From the NCBI RefSeq assembly GCF_963921235.1, contig NC_086098.1, forward strand, positions 235,848,001-235,912,000: a stretch of DNA of 64,000 nucleotides, given 5' to 3'. The notes under the pieces are model-generated. The model ran no database searches, was not told the DNA's origin, and saw only the letters and a program-made list of their open reading frames with translations. Positions 13,101-24,829 of the stretch are shown here, in pieces. Position 1 is the first letter of the stretch. Each line of letters starts with the position of its first letter. Source of the stretch: Mobula hypostoma (taxonomy: Eukaryota). Both the position numbers and the translations under genes were made by a program.

Positions 13101-16100
13101 TAAATCCTCAACATTACATCCTTGATTTTATATAGCACTCCGCTCGAAATGAATGTTAACATTACATTTGCGTTCCTTACCACCGACTCAATTTGAAAGC
13201 AAACCTTTGCGGAATCCCGTACCGGGTCTCCCAAGTCCCTTTGCAAACTAGTTTTGAAACTTTCTCCCCTTTAGAAAATAGCATTTGCCTTTGTTTTTGT
13301 TCTGCTGTAGCGCATGACCATGCACTTCTCTTCACTAAATTCCATCTTCACTTCTTTGCCCATTCTCCTAATATGGCCAAGTCCTTCATCGAAACCGTTG
13401 ACAGAGTGTATAACGTGAAAAGAATCGGTCGCAATGCTGACTCCTCTAGGCTTCCGGGCGACCAGTCCAGATTCATGGCTTCTGGCCTCTGTTCACCCAA
13501 TTCTCAAAACTCACTCCATCGACTTCAGTCCCCTCTATCGCTCTATAAACTCCGGCATTGCTCCTCCTTCCATCAGCTGCAACCCAGTCTGCACCCGCCC
13601 CCCCCCCCACCCCGAGCCGTCAGTAACTCTGTACCCGAATGCCCTCACTGAACCGTGCCCCAAACTCGCCAGGAGCACCCCTGGCCCCTGCACCTGGCGG
13701 AATGCACCCGTCCAGTGAACGGGGGCGGGGGTGGGAGTTGTTGGAATGAGGTGGAGCAGACGTGTAGTGACGGGGGATGTTGTTGGAGGAAGGGGAATAG
13801 ACGGGTAGTGACGGGGAATGTTGGAGGGAGGGGAATAGACGGGTAGTGACGGGGGATGTTGTTGGAGGGAGGTGGAGTAGACGGGTAGTGACGGGGGATG
13901 TTTTTGCAGGGAGGGGAATAGACGGGTAGTGACTGGGGATGTTTTTGCAGGGAGGGGAATAGACGGGTAGTGACTGGGGATGTTGTTGGAGGGAGGGGAA
14001 TAGACGGGTAGTGACTGGGGATGTTGTTGGAGGGAGGGGAATAGACGGGTAGTGACTGGGGATGTTGGAGGGAGGGGAATAGACGGGTAGTGACTGGGGG
14101 ATGTTGGAGGGAGGGGAATAGACGGGTAGTGACTGGGGATGTTGTTGGTAGGTGGCGTAGAGGGGCAGTGACTGAAGTTTGTTAGAGGGAGTTGGAACAG
14201 ACAGGAAGTGGCGGGTGGTTGTTGGAGGGACGGGTAGTAGACGAGCAGCCGGGGGTGGATTTGTTGGAGGGCGGTGGAGTAAATGGGCAATGACGGAGGA
14301 AGGATGTTGGAGAGAGGTGGAGCAGACAGGCAGTGACGAGGGGAGTTGTTGGAGGGAGGTGGAGTAGACGGGGTATGACAGGGGGAGTTTAGAGGCAGTT
14401 GGAGTAGACAGGATGTGACGGGGGAGTTGTTGGAGGGAGGACAATAGACGGGCAGTGACGGTGGAGGGATATTGGAGGGAGGTGGAATAGACGGGTAGTG
14501 ACGGGGAATGTTTTTGCAGGGAGGGGAATAGACGGGTAGTGACTGGGGGATGTTTTTGGAGGGAGGGGAATAGACGGGTAGTGATGGGGGATGTTGTTTG
14601 TAGGTGGCGTAGTGGGGCAGTGACTGGGGTTTGTTGGAGGGAGTTGGAACAGGCAGGAAGTGGCGGGTGGTTGATGGAGGGATAGGTAGTAGACGGGCAG
14701 CGACGGGGGTGGATTTGTTGGAGGGCGGTCGAGTAAATGGGCAATGACGGAGGAGGGATGTTGGAGAGAGGGGAGTAGACGGGCAGTGACAAGGGGACTT
14801 GTTGGAGGGAGTTGGAGCAGACGGGCAGTGATAGGGGGAGTTGTTGGGGAGAGGTGGAGTAGACGGGGTGTGATGGGGGATTGTTGGTGAGGGCAGTGAC
14901 GGGGTGGGTATATCGGACGTACATTGGTAGTGACGTCTCAGTATCTGTGCCAGGCCCTGAGCGTGTCCCAGCTGAAGACTCTCTCTCCAGAGGGTGCAGC
15001 CGCCGTGACTGAGGCTCAGCTGGACCGAGTGAGTGAGCAGCAGCGGGCTGCTTTGAAGGAGGCGCTAGGGATGCCAATTACCATGAAGGCCTCCATGCCG
15101 ATAGGTGAGTGTCCGCCCAACATCCGGGAGTTCGTGGCCGAGGCCTGACTGTTCCGTCCCGTTTGCAACCCAGGAGGGGGCTGGGGGTGTGGGTCACCTC
15201 CTCTCGAACCTGTCCGGCAGATCTGACTAGTCTCACTGTAAAGCCGGAGGCAGTTACCTTGTTCCTCTGGTCTGGTGAACAAACCAAACTGTGCACCGGC
15301 ATCGAGGATCCGTCCGCCTCACCCGCCACAACATTCCCCTGCACATGTTTCTCGGGACTTCCCTGTGCATCTCTCCCACCAGCGGTACGAGTGTTCCGGA
15401 GCGGCACCGGGAAGGCAGCAGAGTCTCGCCTTCTCTCCCCACTGAATGTTCAAATACCAGGAATCATTGCAAATGCCTTTCTCAGCCGGAGGGCGCCGGG
15501 CACAGGGTTTAAGGAATGCAGAAGGCAAAAATCTACAGTGAAGAATGACGGGGCCGGCGTCGAGCGGATCTCTCCAATTGGTGAAAGTGCGGGGAAGGGC
15601 AGATGCCGGAAGGGAAGGTGATAGATAAAGCCAGGTGGGTGGGGAGAGTGATCAAGTATGAAGATGGGAGGTGGCAAGAGGAAAAGGGAAAGTACTGAAG
15701 AGGACAGAGGACCAAGGGAGAAGAGGGTGATGAGGGTGAGGGAGAAGAGCTGATGGGCAGGTGAGGAGAAGGGAGAAGAGGATAGAGTGGAGAATTGAAA
15801 AACTCAGACAAGAACTGGTATATCCATCAGATAATTAGGGAGGAACATCATTCCCAGTGAATATGGAGCTCGCTCGCACGGGCGTGCTGGAGATGGGGAC
15901 CAGGCAGAAGGGAAAGCTCCTCTAGAACAGGAGGGGGTATGTGCAAACAGTGAGGAAGGGGGGGGGGGAGCGGTGCTGTCTTTAGATGAACGGGCTCTGA
16001 CTGCAGAGCAGGGCAGCAGCGCAGCCATTATGGCGACGCTATTAACGCTGGGGGCGAATTCCAGGAGTGTGTACTTCCTCCCCGTGAAAGCATGGGCTCC

Positions 16101-16388
16101 TTCCGAGTACTCCAGTGTCTTCCCACAATCCAAAGACGTACCGGTTCGTAGGTCGTTGTAAATTCTGTGATTTGGCTTGGGTTACATAGGTGTGTTGCTG
16201 GGTGGTGCAGCTTTTTCGGCCGGAAGGGCCGGTTCTGCTGGATCTCTAAATAAATAAATGAACTTGCCTCTTTCTGTTTCCCAGTTCTGTCACACTCACC
16301 GCCTCTGGGATCCCTCGGGCTGTCCGCCATGACTCGGGCCCTGCCGGCGTTGCTGCTGCTGGTCTGGAGCCTGCGGGAGTTTCCCTGA
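950..16388 (+). CDS. OTOA: Otoancorin-like (otoancorin/mesothelin/stereocilin family) GPI-anchored protein, 3' part; 10 coding exons, 5'-incomplete
   Basis: join(950..1143,1811..1904,3356..3530,5381..5568,6197..6352,6981..7123,10830..10966,12316..12413,14954..15104,16285..16388) = 1440 nt. All introns are GT-AG, phases match, and there are no internal stops. Peptides such as PSTEEIRELGEANSQWS..CM...TF...V.ILG.V.GFS..Q..LK.KAI and LIGLGSFACAMN are colinear with the otoancorin C-terminal half as I recall it. Orthology versus a paralog is not established. Confidence 0.8.
1811..1904 (+). CDS. Otoancorin-like exon (ASSQWTVEVVTSLGSMITLLDERTVLQLPNT)
   Basis: ttcccag acceptor, GTAAGT donor, phase 2 to 0. 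Not in the ORF track; it bridges the phases of the flanking exons. Confidence 0.85.
2232..2820 (+). mobile_element. CR1-like LINE 3' fragments
   Basis: ggcctgtactcactgaaatttagaagactgaagggtgatcacattgaaac = decayed GL.SLE.RRLRGDLIE motif; CR1-type 3' UTR. Confidence 0.65.
3356..3530 (+). CDS. Otoancorin-like exon ending ...ASSRRRRA (furin-type site)
   Basis: ttgcag acceptor, GTGAGG donor, phase 0 to 1. Confidence 0.8.
3960..4300 (-). mobile_element. Rex1/Babar-like LINE 3' fragment
   Basis: ORF 3982-4269 ERVVNSASSIMGTSLSSVQDTFKRRCLKRAASI matches the C-terminal domain of this clade. Confidence 0.7.
5381..5568 (+). CDS. Otoancorin-like exon (DSCTVLPSTEEIRELGEAN...KAIE)
   Basis: ctcag acceptor (NAGNAG), GTAGTA donor, phase 1 to 0. 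Confidence 0.88.
6197..6352 (+). CDS. Otoancorin-like exon (TWGAVSSF...PTWTQEQ)
   Basis: ttgcag acceptor, GTAATT donor, phase 0 to 0. Confidence 0.88.
6981..7123 (+). CDS. Otoancorin-like exon (RKAVVERYLALSG...QQEEF)
   Basis: ccacag acceptor, GTGAGA donor, phase 0 to 2. Not in the ORF track. Confidence 0.88.
7740..10200 (-). mobile_element. CR1 LINE, fragmented ORF2 (endonuclease start to 3' end)
   Basis: Minus-strand motifs LYLNARRIRNK and EPLGDSDHSMIEF; RT remnants with many stops. Confidence 0.75.
10575..10730. repeat. G-rich tandem repeat, about 27 bp (ggtgaggctgggagggtgaggtggtggt)
   Basis: About 5 copies. Confidence 0.8.
10830..10966 (+). CDS. Otoancorin-like exon (VAAGSLGQQACG...EMGAIV)
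   Basis: taacag acceptor, GTAAGC donor, phase 2 to 1. Confidence 0.88.
11065..11240. repeat. 33-bp minisatellite (gaggggtagtgaggaaggagtgtcgcgctgtgg) x about 5
   Basis: Near-perfect copies; give the SRCGRGSEEGV repeat ORF. Confidence 0.9.
12316..12413 (+). CDS. Otoancorin-like exon (AGASAEELSELDPKVMPF...DRFK)
   Basis: ctacag acceptor, GTGAGT donor, phase 1 to 0. Confidence 0.88.
12560..13400 (-). mobile_element. CR1 LINE 3' fragment
   Basis: ORF 12881-13246 ERDLG..V..ANVML.FI....Y..KDV.L..YKALV..LEWVQR.F. Confidence 0.8.
13735..14900. repeat. G-rich intronic minisatellite, about 36-39-bp unit (gggggatgttgttggagggaggggaatagacgggtagtgac)
   Basis: About 30 variably diverged copies. Confidence 0.9.
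14954..15104 (+). CDS. Otoancorin-like exon (ALSVSQLKTLSPEGAAAVT...SMPI)
   Basis: gccag acceptor, GTGAGT donor, phase 0 to 1. Confidence 0.88.
16025..16260 (+). mobile_element. tRNA-derived SINE (HE1/V-SINE-like), degenerate
   Basis: Central cccacaatccaaagacgtaccggtt motif and A/T-rich tail. Confidence 0.6.
16285..16388 (+). CDS. Otoancorin-like terminal exon, GPI-signal-like tail (VLSHSPPLGSLGLSAMTRALPALLLLVWSLREFP*)
   Basis: tttctgtttcccag acceptor; small residues then a hydrophobic stretch; TGA at 16386-16388. Confidence 0.8.
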
Positions 16389-16575
16389 TCCCGCATCCCT
16401 GTCCGCCCACAACGTGGTTCAGCTGTCCCACAGGGCTATGTGTGAAGAAAATTTTAGTGACAGCACAAGGCTTTTGAAAACTAAATTATTGCTGATTAAC
16501 GAGCTCTAACCGCGAATCACGTCAGAGATCGCTGTAGTGACCGATGCTGCCTGTGCAATCAAGGAAAGTCGTTTC

Positions 16576-16581
16576 ATTAAA
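16576..16581 (+). terminator. Candidate polyadenylation signal ATTAAA of the otoancorin-like gene
   Basis: About 190 nt after the stop, followed by a GT/T-rich tract. Confidence 0.4.
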
Positions 16582-16849
16582 TCGTTTATGTTTCAACTGC
16601 AAGTGTGGAGTTCGTTTTTGTTTCCTTCTTCCTTACATGGTGCCGGATTCCGGATCCCTAACCCCCCCCCCCCCACCCCGCCCGTTCTCTCTGAAATAAT
16701 TTATTTTTTGTAAAAGATAAATATCTTTATTTGTCACGTGCATATCGACGCATGCAACAAAATGCGTCGTTTTGCGTTAACGACCAACACAGTCCCAGGA
16801 TATGGCCACGCTTCCGACGCCAACATACAACAGCGCACTAGCCCTAAAG

Positions 16850-17030
16850 ACAAGGGATTCTGCAGATGCTGGAAATCCAGAGCAACGCAGAGAGAATGCT
16901 GGAAGAAGTCAGCAGGCCAGGCAGCATCCATGGAAAAGGATAAACAGTTAGGCTTCTGGCCGAGACTCTTCACATCGACTTCCTCTCCAGAGATGCTGCC
17001 TAACCTGCAGAGTTCCTCCAGATTTTGTGT
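16850..17030. mobile_element. Penelope-type terminal segment, imperfect inverted repeat
   Basis: ctgcagatgctggaaatccagagcaac...ggcagcatc followed by gatgctgcc...ttcctccagattttgtgtg. Confidence 0.55.
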
Positions 17031-17034
17031 GCTA

Positions 17035-17195
17035 CTAACCGTACATCTTTGGAACGTGGCAGGAAAACGGAGCAGCCGGAGGAATCCGACAGGGTCGCGA
17101 TGAAAGCCTACGAGCTCCTTACAGGTGGCGGCGGGAGTTGAACCCTGCTCGCTGCCGCTGCAATAGGGTAACGCTGACCGCGGCACTAACGTGTT
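17035..17195 (-). mobile_element. tRNA-derived SINE (HE1-like), reverse
   Basis: Reverse complement carries A-box/B-box-like head (ggttcaactc) and V-domain-like core. Confidence 0.55.
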
Positions 17196-18139
17196 GCACG
17201 TTTTAAACTCCCCTAAACTTGATCGTTAAGCAGATTTAATGTTTCGAGGTTACAGCATTTTATTAATGATGTGAAGGAAGCTATGAAATGCAGGGGTCAG
17301 GAGGAGGTGGTGTGTGATAGGAAGATGGAGAAAGTGTGGGGAAGGAGTGAGGAGAAGGAGTGGTTACGTTTTCAGAGATGTGGAAACAAAACATCTCGTT
17401 CACCAATGCCCTCCGGGGATTAAACACTTTACATAGTCTGGTGTGTGTGTGTGGAAAGGTCCTTGTAACCAGACATCATTACATGAAAGACTAGGAACTC
17501 GCCAGTAACACAACAGATAATATCAGACGCCATTGCAGCTCGGCCGTTCTGAAGTTCACAGTTCAATCCCAGCGACAGCTTCGAGGAGTCTCCTTATATT
17601 TTCCTCGTGGAATGAGTGCATTTTCCCGGTGTTACGGTTCCCTCTCAGTCATACTGGGTTGGTGAATTGATCATTGTAAATTGTCTGGTGATTCGGTGAC
17701 GGGTAATCTGGTTTCTTGGAGGTTGTTGGGACGGCTCGGCCTGAAGGCCCTACTCCGCAATGTTTCATATAAAATAAATAAAGCTGCTCTGCCGCGGGAA
17801 GGGAAACCAGTCATACAAATCTCAACCTTCAACCAATTCCTAGTTCCATTTTTTCCCCACAGCACGCTGTAAAATCGGGCTCGATATCATTCAGTCCGAT
17901 CTGCCTGCTCCACGCGGAATCTGATACAGAAATGCAATTTGTTGTTGTATCGGCGTCAAAAGTAGCACCTGTAGTGTTCCCCCCGCCCCAACACCCGGCC
18001 AGGCTCCCGGGGAGGGGCGTGGAAGACATTTAACCGGTGACTTATCTAGCCCAAATTTCATTATAAGCTGCCCATTAACCCTGCCATTCCACACCAGAGC
18101 AAACTGTACGCAGTCTACAGAAGGAGGTTGTACTGACAC

Positions 18140-18700
18140 TGAAAGATCTATCCCGGGTCTAACATATTAATGCAATTGTAAAGAAGGCATGACAGTGGCT
18201 ATATTTCATTTGGAGGTTGAGCAAATTTGGCCTGCCAATTTCTACAGATGTACAGTGGAGAACATTCTTACTGGTTGCATCGCCATCTGGTATGGGAGTG
18301 GGGATGGGGTGGGGGGGAGACACTGCACAGTTTAGAAAAAAGCTGCACATATTTGTAAACTCAGCTCAGTCCATCATAGACACTCGCCTCCTCAGCATCC
18401 AGGACACCTTCTGAAGGCGATGCTTCAAAACGACGGCATCCATCATTAAGGACCCCTATCATCCAGGACATGCCCTCTTCTCATTGCTACCATCAAAGAG
18501 GAGGTTGAGGAGTGAGAATACACACACTTATCAATCCAGGAACAGCTTCTTCTCCACTGCCATCAGATTTCTGAATGAACAATGAGCTCACGAAGAGTAT
18601 CTCATTTTAAAAAAAAGTTTGCTCTCTTTTTGCATTACTAATTCTATTTAAATTATACAATATATGTATTGTGATTCACAGTTTTTACATTATTATGTAT
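18140..18700 (+). mobile_element. Rex1/Babar-like LINE 3' fragment
   Basis: KKA.QWLYFIWRLSKFGL / YRCTVENILTGCIAIWY / IIKDPYHPGHALFSLL motifs. Confidence 0.75.
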
Positions 18701-21700
18701 TGTAACCTGGTTGTTATTCTGATTCACACAGAGGGTGAACGAGCTCCCATTAACGTGGTCATCCCTTTATTACTTCTCAGGACTATCTATAAAGTCTCAG
18801 TAAACGAGCCCATCTGTCTCCTGGTAGATGCGAATTCGAGGGCTGCACTCAAGGGAGGTTTCGATAAGTACATGGATGGGAGCTGTACGGAGGGCCATGG
18901 TTCGGGTTCGAGTCGATGGGACTCGGTAGAATAATATTTCGGCACGGACTAGATGGGATGAGGGGCCTACTTCTGTGCTGTCGTGTTCGATGGCCCTGTG
19001 GAAACACGAGAGATGCTGGAATCTGGAGCCGAAAGAGCTCGGCGGCGCAGGCAGCATCTGTGGAGGCAGAGGATGGTCTGGGGCAGAATATTCTCTATTC
19101 TCTCTCAGAAGGAGGCGAATTGGCCATCGTGGCCTTCCCAGTTCTCAGAAAATCTTGAGTGGGCCACACAAAACGCTGGAGGAACTTAGCAATCAGGCAG
19201 CATCTATGGAGGGAAATACTCGCTATTTGGGCCTGAGACCGGAATGGAAGGGAGGCGGAGGACACAATAAGAATGTGGGGGAAGGGGGAGGGGAACGGGA
19301 ACAAGCTGGCAGGTGATAGGTGATGCCAGGTGAGGGGGAAGGTGGATGGGTGGAAAAGGGGGATGAAGTGAAAGCTGGGAGGTGTTAGGTGGAAAAGATA
19401 AATGTCTGAAGAAGAAGGAATCTGATAGGAGAGCAAAGTGGGCCGCAGGAAAAAGTAAAGGATGAGGGGGTCGAGAGGACGAGGCAGGCGAGGAGAAGAG
19501 AAGCGTAAAGAAACTAGAATGGGGAACGGAAAAAGAGAAATGGTGAAATTACTCACGACTCAGAGAAATCCTATAACTCCCATTCCCCTGTCATCTGCTC
19601 TCTCAGACCCGTCCATCATTGTCTTTCCACGAACACCCGCCCATTGGGGGTGTAGTGTAATTTAACCTACAGGTGCGCACTCTTTGGGAAATACGCGGGA
19701 CAAACCGAGCTGCTTATCTGCAAACTGCACACAAGCGCCGCCGGAGGTCGGAATCAAACCCGTTATCTGCAGTTGCCAGGCAGCGGCACCGCTCGCTGTT
19801 GCCCTGAGTACTCTGGATAATCTGTAAGCAGCTTTGGCTTCCGAACTCTCACCGTGATCCTTGCGTTGCGGTGCCTTCAGTGAGAGGGCCAGCGCCGAAG
19901 CGCAGAGCGGCCGAGCGCGCTGAGAGCGGAGGGATCGTCCGTCTCTGACTGTCCGTCCGCCTCAGCGAGGTGACCATCTCCGCGAGATCGGCTCCCTGCG
20001 GGTTTCCTGTTCACGCGATCTGGGCGCCAGGCTGTAGATACTACTGACTTGTTAAGGTTTTTTTTTCCTTGTTAAAATATGTGTATGGTTAATTTTTGTT
20101 TTCCTTGTGAATGCTGTGATGCTGCTGTGAATTTTATAGAACACCCATGCGTACACTTTCTTGTTCATGTGACAATAAACGGGAGTTTGAAATTATTGTA
20201 AGTTCACGCACAGAAGACGAAAAACACAGAAGAATACCCATGAATAGAATACAGGAACCAAATATAGGCGCCGAGCACAATATTAAACTCCTTCTGCCTC
20301 CACATAATCATATCCCTCCAATCCCTGCATCTCCATGTGTCTATCGAACATACTCCTAAACTCTTCTATCGTATCTGCTTCAACGACCACACGCCTTGCA
20401 GCACCGTTCAGGCACTGATCTCCTCCTTTGTAAAAAAAAACTTGCCTTTGAACTTCACTCCCCCCTCCCGTCCCCCAGCTAAGCATCCTCTGTTGTTTGA
20501 CATTTGTACCCTGGGAGGAGATTCTGACTGTCATTATCGTAGAAAATGGCGACGATCGAAGTAACTGTTTATTAATATTTTGGGTTAATATGATATTTCT
20601 TTGCAATAGACCGTCCACCATTACGCTAGGAGGCGCTAAGGAGCCTGAAGTCACACAAAAGGCAGCAGGAACTCGACCGGTCAGGCAGCATCTATGGAAA
20701 GGAAGAAAAGGTCGATCTTACTGGCCGATTCGTGAATTCTATATTCCTATCCACAGATTCTGACGCGTTGATCAATCCCCATCTCCGCATCCACGCGTTC
20801 CAATATTCCGGTGTTTAACTAACTGAGATGCGTTTCTGGGAATATGAATTACCTACAATGGCAAATATCAGAGAGATTTGCTTGACGGGTCCATTTCAGT
20901 TCATCCCTTTCATTCTCAACGCATGCGTGGTTCTCTGCATTACAATGAGCCGAGCTTTCAGCCAATTGGTCCATCTTCCTGCTGTTGGGGGTTTCCCGTA
21001 TACATCAGACACCTCCCATCTCCCTGCGCTCCTTCCCTTCTCCCTACTCTGACATCCTCCTGTCCTCTGATCTTTTTCGTCGTATTGTTAATCCATGTCC
21101 TACTAAAATTCATCTCTATTGTTCTTCAGTGCACTGATGTATGGAAGGCGTGCAAAACGAAATTTTCACCGTTCCTGTGATAACAATAAGCTAATTTACC
21201 GATTAAGCCAACGGGAACCAGTTTCACATTCTCAGCTCTCCGAACCTTGGTGAAACTTCAACCTGGTAAATACAGTGATTTTAGTAATCAATACTAAGGG
21301 TTATTAATATAAAATGCATGCAGGGAAATGTGCTGTATTCAATGTATTATTTATGTGCATTCATAATGTCATCAAGTCAATTCATAGAGACATAGAAAAC
21401 TTACAGCAGAATACAGGTCCTTCGGCCCACAATGCTGTGCCCAACATGAACTTCTTTTAGAAATTACCCAGGGTTACCGATAGCCCTCTATTTTTGTAAG
21501 CTCCATGTACCTATCCAGGAGTCTCTTAAGAGACCCTGTCGTATCCACCTCCACCACCGCTGCCGGCACATTCTATCTACAAAACCCACAAAATCTGAGA
21601 CGAGGAGACATTCCTTTAGCTAAAGGGAGGTGAATCTGTGGAATTTGTTGCTTCAGTTATCTGTGAAGGCAAAGACACAGGACGCATTTAAGGTAGAGAA

Positions 21701-22229
21701 TGATTGGTTATGATTGGTAAAGGGGAGTAGGGCTATGGGGAAAAGGCGGGAATCAGCAGCTACGATTTACAAACAAGATGACACGAAGGGCTGAATAGCC
21801 TAAATCTGCTCCTGTATCTTATGGTCTGAAAATATAAATATTATCCTCATGATGTGGACGATCGAAGACCCACTTTTTCTTTATGATTGTCCTTTCCTTC
21901 GAGAGATTTCGAGAATTAACCAATATCGTCATGAACTACGGCTATTTGTGAAAGCAGTTATATTAACTTGTAATGATTGTTGTAACCAAAGTACGTTCCC
22001 AATCGCTGACTTCAAAGGACTTTGGCTGGGCTGTCTTCTTTCCACGTACTTACCATAAATCCCTTCAAGGAGGTACAGATGGCATCAGGTTCGAGATGAA
22101 TTATTACCTCTCGACCATAATCCATTGAAGCGGAGGGAATAACTTCACTCTGAACTGATTTCACAATCTGTGGATTCAATCTTAAGGACTCTATAACCAA
22201 TGTTCTCTGTATTTATTGCTTGCTCGCTC

Positions 22230-23990
22230 ATTGATTAATTTGTTTATTGGTTATTGTTATTACTATTCTCTTTTTTTTTTCCAAAGCTCAAGCTGGTAGA
22301 ACCTGAGGTACTGGCATAGCCAAGCACACTCATTTCTGAGGAATAGTCTCAGGAACCTTCGGGCTATTCTATTGCTGTTTAACATCGTGGCTTTCTGTAG
22401 GTTTTCATGAATATTGCTCTGTTGGCCTAATCGTTGAATGTGAATGTGTAAGTTTGGGATGATACCAGTTAGAGATATTACTGTTGGGTCAATGTATACT
22501 CTGTTCATGTTCCACTGTCTTTCAATTGCCTCTTTATTTCAGCATATTTCTAGTATTTTTCACTTATTAACGTTTGTACATTATGTGTGTTTGGAATGGC
22601 TGTATCTATTAAGTAAGCTGTTCTTGCTTGTTTGTCCTGTATTATTATATCTGGACGGGTATTATGTATTGTCCCGTCTGTAATAATGGATTGGCCGTAA
22701 TATAATTTGTAGGACTCTGACTCTAAATCTAGATCAGGCTTTTATTTATGGCAGAGTATGAAGTCTTTTATGTGTTTGTATTTTAAAGCAAGATTTTGGT
22801 GAATGAAGTTTACCACTTGATTGTGTCCGTGTAAGTGATGAGATTGAGTTAACCTGCTGTAAGATTCTCTGACGTGCTGATTGTTTCTGGTTTTTCCTTG
22901 CATTTCCTGCATTTACCGCCTTGAATTTGTTAGTCGTTTATTATATATTTTTGACATTTCTGTGTTGGCCATATGGTCCTGTATTGCCACTCGGAACCTC
23001 ACCCGTGTCTGGAAAGACATCTCCAACTCTGAGCCAGGCGTTCGACGCCTCCTCGTCGACATCTACTCAACTCAGAACGAGGGAATGTCTTCGATTGAGG
23101 GCATGCTCTTCCATTGGTTAACATCTTCCTCTGTAGTGATAATTTCTTCACTTTTCTGGGTTATGCTTTCATTTGAGTTTAGTAGTGCGTAATTCCCATC
23201 TGAATTGCTGAACTCTGATTGATGAAAACATATCCTTAGAAGTATTATGTACATTTTATGTCTGTTGTCCCTCTTTTCTCTTCTATCTTAGATAGTATTA
23301 TTTCCAAGTTCGTTCGGGTGTATATAGTGTTAGCTAAAATGCTTATTCTTCTATTTAAAATTTCAGGATGGGTTTGGACCAAAATATAATGCCAAAATAA
23401 TATGTTAATATGTGTAAAGCGAAATTGTCTATTGACCTTGTTATATTTTTACTATTGAGCTCGGTTGGGCTGATTTTATTGAGCCATGAATTTCGTCGAA
23501 CGTTTCCCTTAGTGGCACTTTTCTTTGCTTTATATCATTGATACTTATATGTTACATTTCATCCATCGGTTGCATTGTATCCTGCTGCTTCGTTTTATAT
23601 TCTATTAGCTTTATTGCACATTTCTATATGTTTAATGTTCTGCATTTATCCAGTCCAAAGTTCATGTTTCTATCTTTCAAAAATAGGTCTACTATTTGAA
23701 TTAATTCCTTTAGTTTTACTGATGAATGAGCATATAATTTCAAATCGTCCATGTACAGAAGGCGTGTCAAGGTATAACTCGTTTGGTTGTCTCTAATTTT
23801 AATACCCAATTTCGTTCGGTTCAGTAATTTAGAGAGCGGGTTTAAAGCAAGACAAAACCATAGTGGGCTTAAAGGGCTGCTCTGGAAAACGCCTCTGTTT
23901 ACTTTGGCAACCGTAGTTGTTATTTTTCAGCTGATAATATATGGGGTGATTGTAGTACACCAGCGATTGATCAGGTGTTATAATAATCAA
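22230..23990 (-). mobile_element. R4/Dong-clade non-LTR retrotransposon (RT + restriction-like endonuclease), decayed
   Basis: RT motif LLYMDDLKLYA...FGLDKC (23624-23809); DVDEEASNAWLRVGD..AIQD; C-terminal VISLTGIIP...LQKATMLNSNRIARRFL (22263-22508). Confidence 0.8.
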
Positions 23991-23992
23991 TA

Positions 23993-24018
23993 TAGATAGA
24001 TAGATAGATAGATAGATA
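23993..24018. repeat. (TAGA)n microsatellite
   Basis: Direct reading. Confidence 0.9.
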
Positions 24019-24019
24019 T

Positions 24020-24640
24020 ACTTTATTGATCCCGAGGGAAATTGGGTTTCATTACAGCCGCACCAACCAAGCATAGAGCATAAATATAGCAATACAAAAC
24101 CCACAAACAATCAAACAACAAAAGGCAAACTATGCCAGTTGGAAAATAAGTCCAGGACCAGTCTATTGGCTCAGGGTGTCTGGCCCTCCACGGGAGGAGC
24201 TGCAAGGTCGATGGCCACAGGCAGGAACGGCCTCCCGTTCCGCCCAGTGTTGTACCTCGGTGGAATGTGGCCGAAGTCCAACAGTAAAAAGTTCAATATC
24301 CGGTCTACAAACAGGTTCCTCGATCGTAATATGACCCGGATTGTACCATCCTGTTGTTAACCAGAACAGTAAGCACCCAACTCCTTAACGCTTACGGCTC
24401 TCAGTGCACTTCCAGTCAGCCGGAACGGTCTGGAAGCCGTTGATCGGAAGTTTTGATCGGGTATGTCCTCGTGCAGCCCTGTTCCAGTGAAACACATAAC
24501 ATTGCACTCCAGGAATGTTCTCTGACGCCTGGCTAGCGCCGTGACCTCGTCCATTTTATTACCTACCGAACTCCTCTTCTCCATAGGTCTCTGTTGCCTC
24601 GACCCGGTACTCTTTCCTCGCCTTTGTGATCCCCCTCTGC
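24020..24640 (-). mobile_element. Rex1/Babar-like LINE endonuclease-region fragment
   Basis: ORF 24357-24584 NKMDEVTALARRQRTFLECNVMCFTGT.LHEDIPD = APE N-terminus. Confidence 0.7.
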
Positions 24641-24829
24641 ATCCTCTGTGTGTTTTACTCTAGATTTCAGCAGGGTCAATTATCAAAACAAAATAAATTT
24701 ATTATCAAAGTACAAAGTGAATCTACTATCAAAGTACACGTATGTCACCAAATGCAATAATGGTATTCATTTTCTTACGGGCATTCACAGGAGATACAAA
24801 GAAACACAATAAAATTATTCAGTATAATA

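Noticed and set aside
13535-15077. Long minus-strand ORFs (485 aa and 251 aa) rich in P/S/T
   Set aside because: They are translations of the C-rich strand of an intronic minisatellite and overlap a real + strand exon in antisense.
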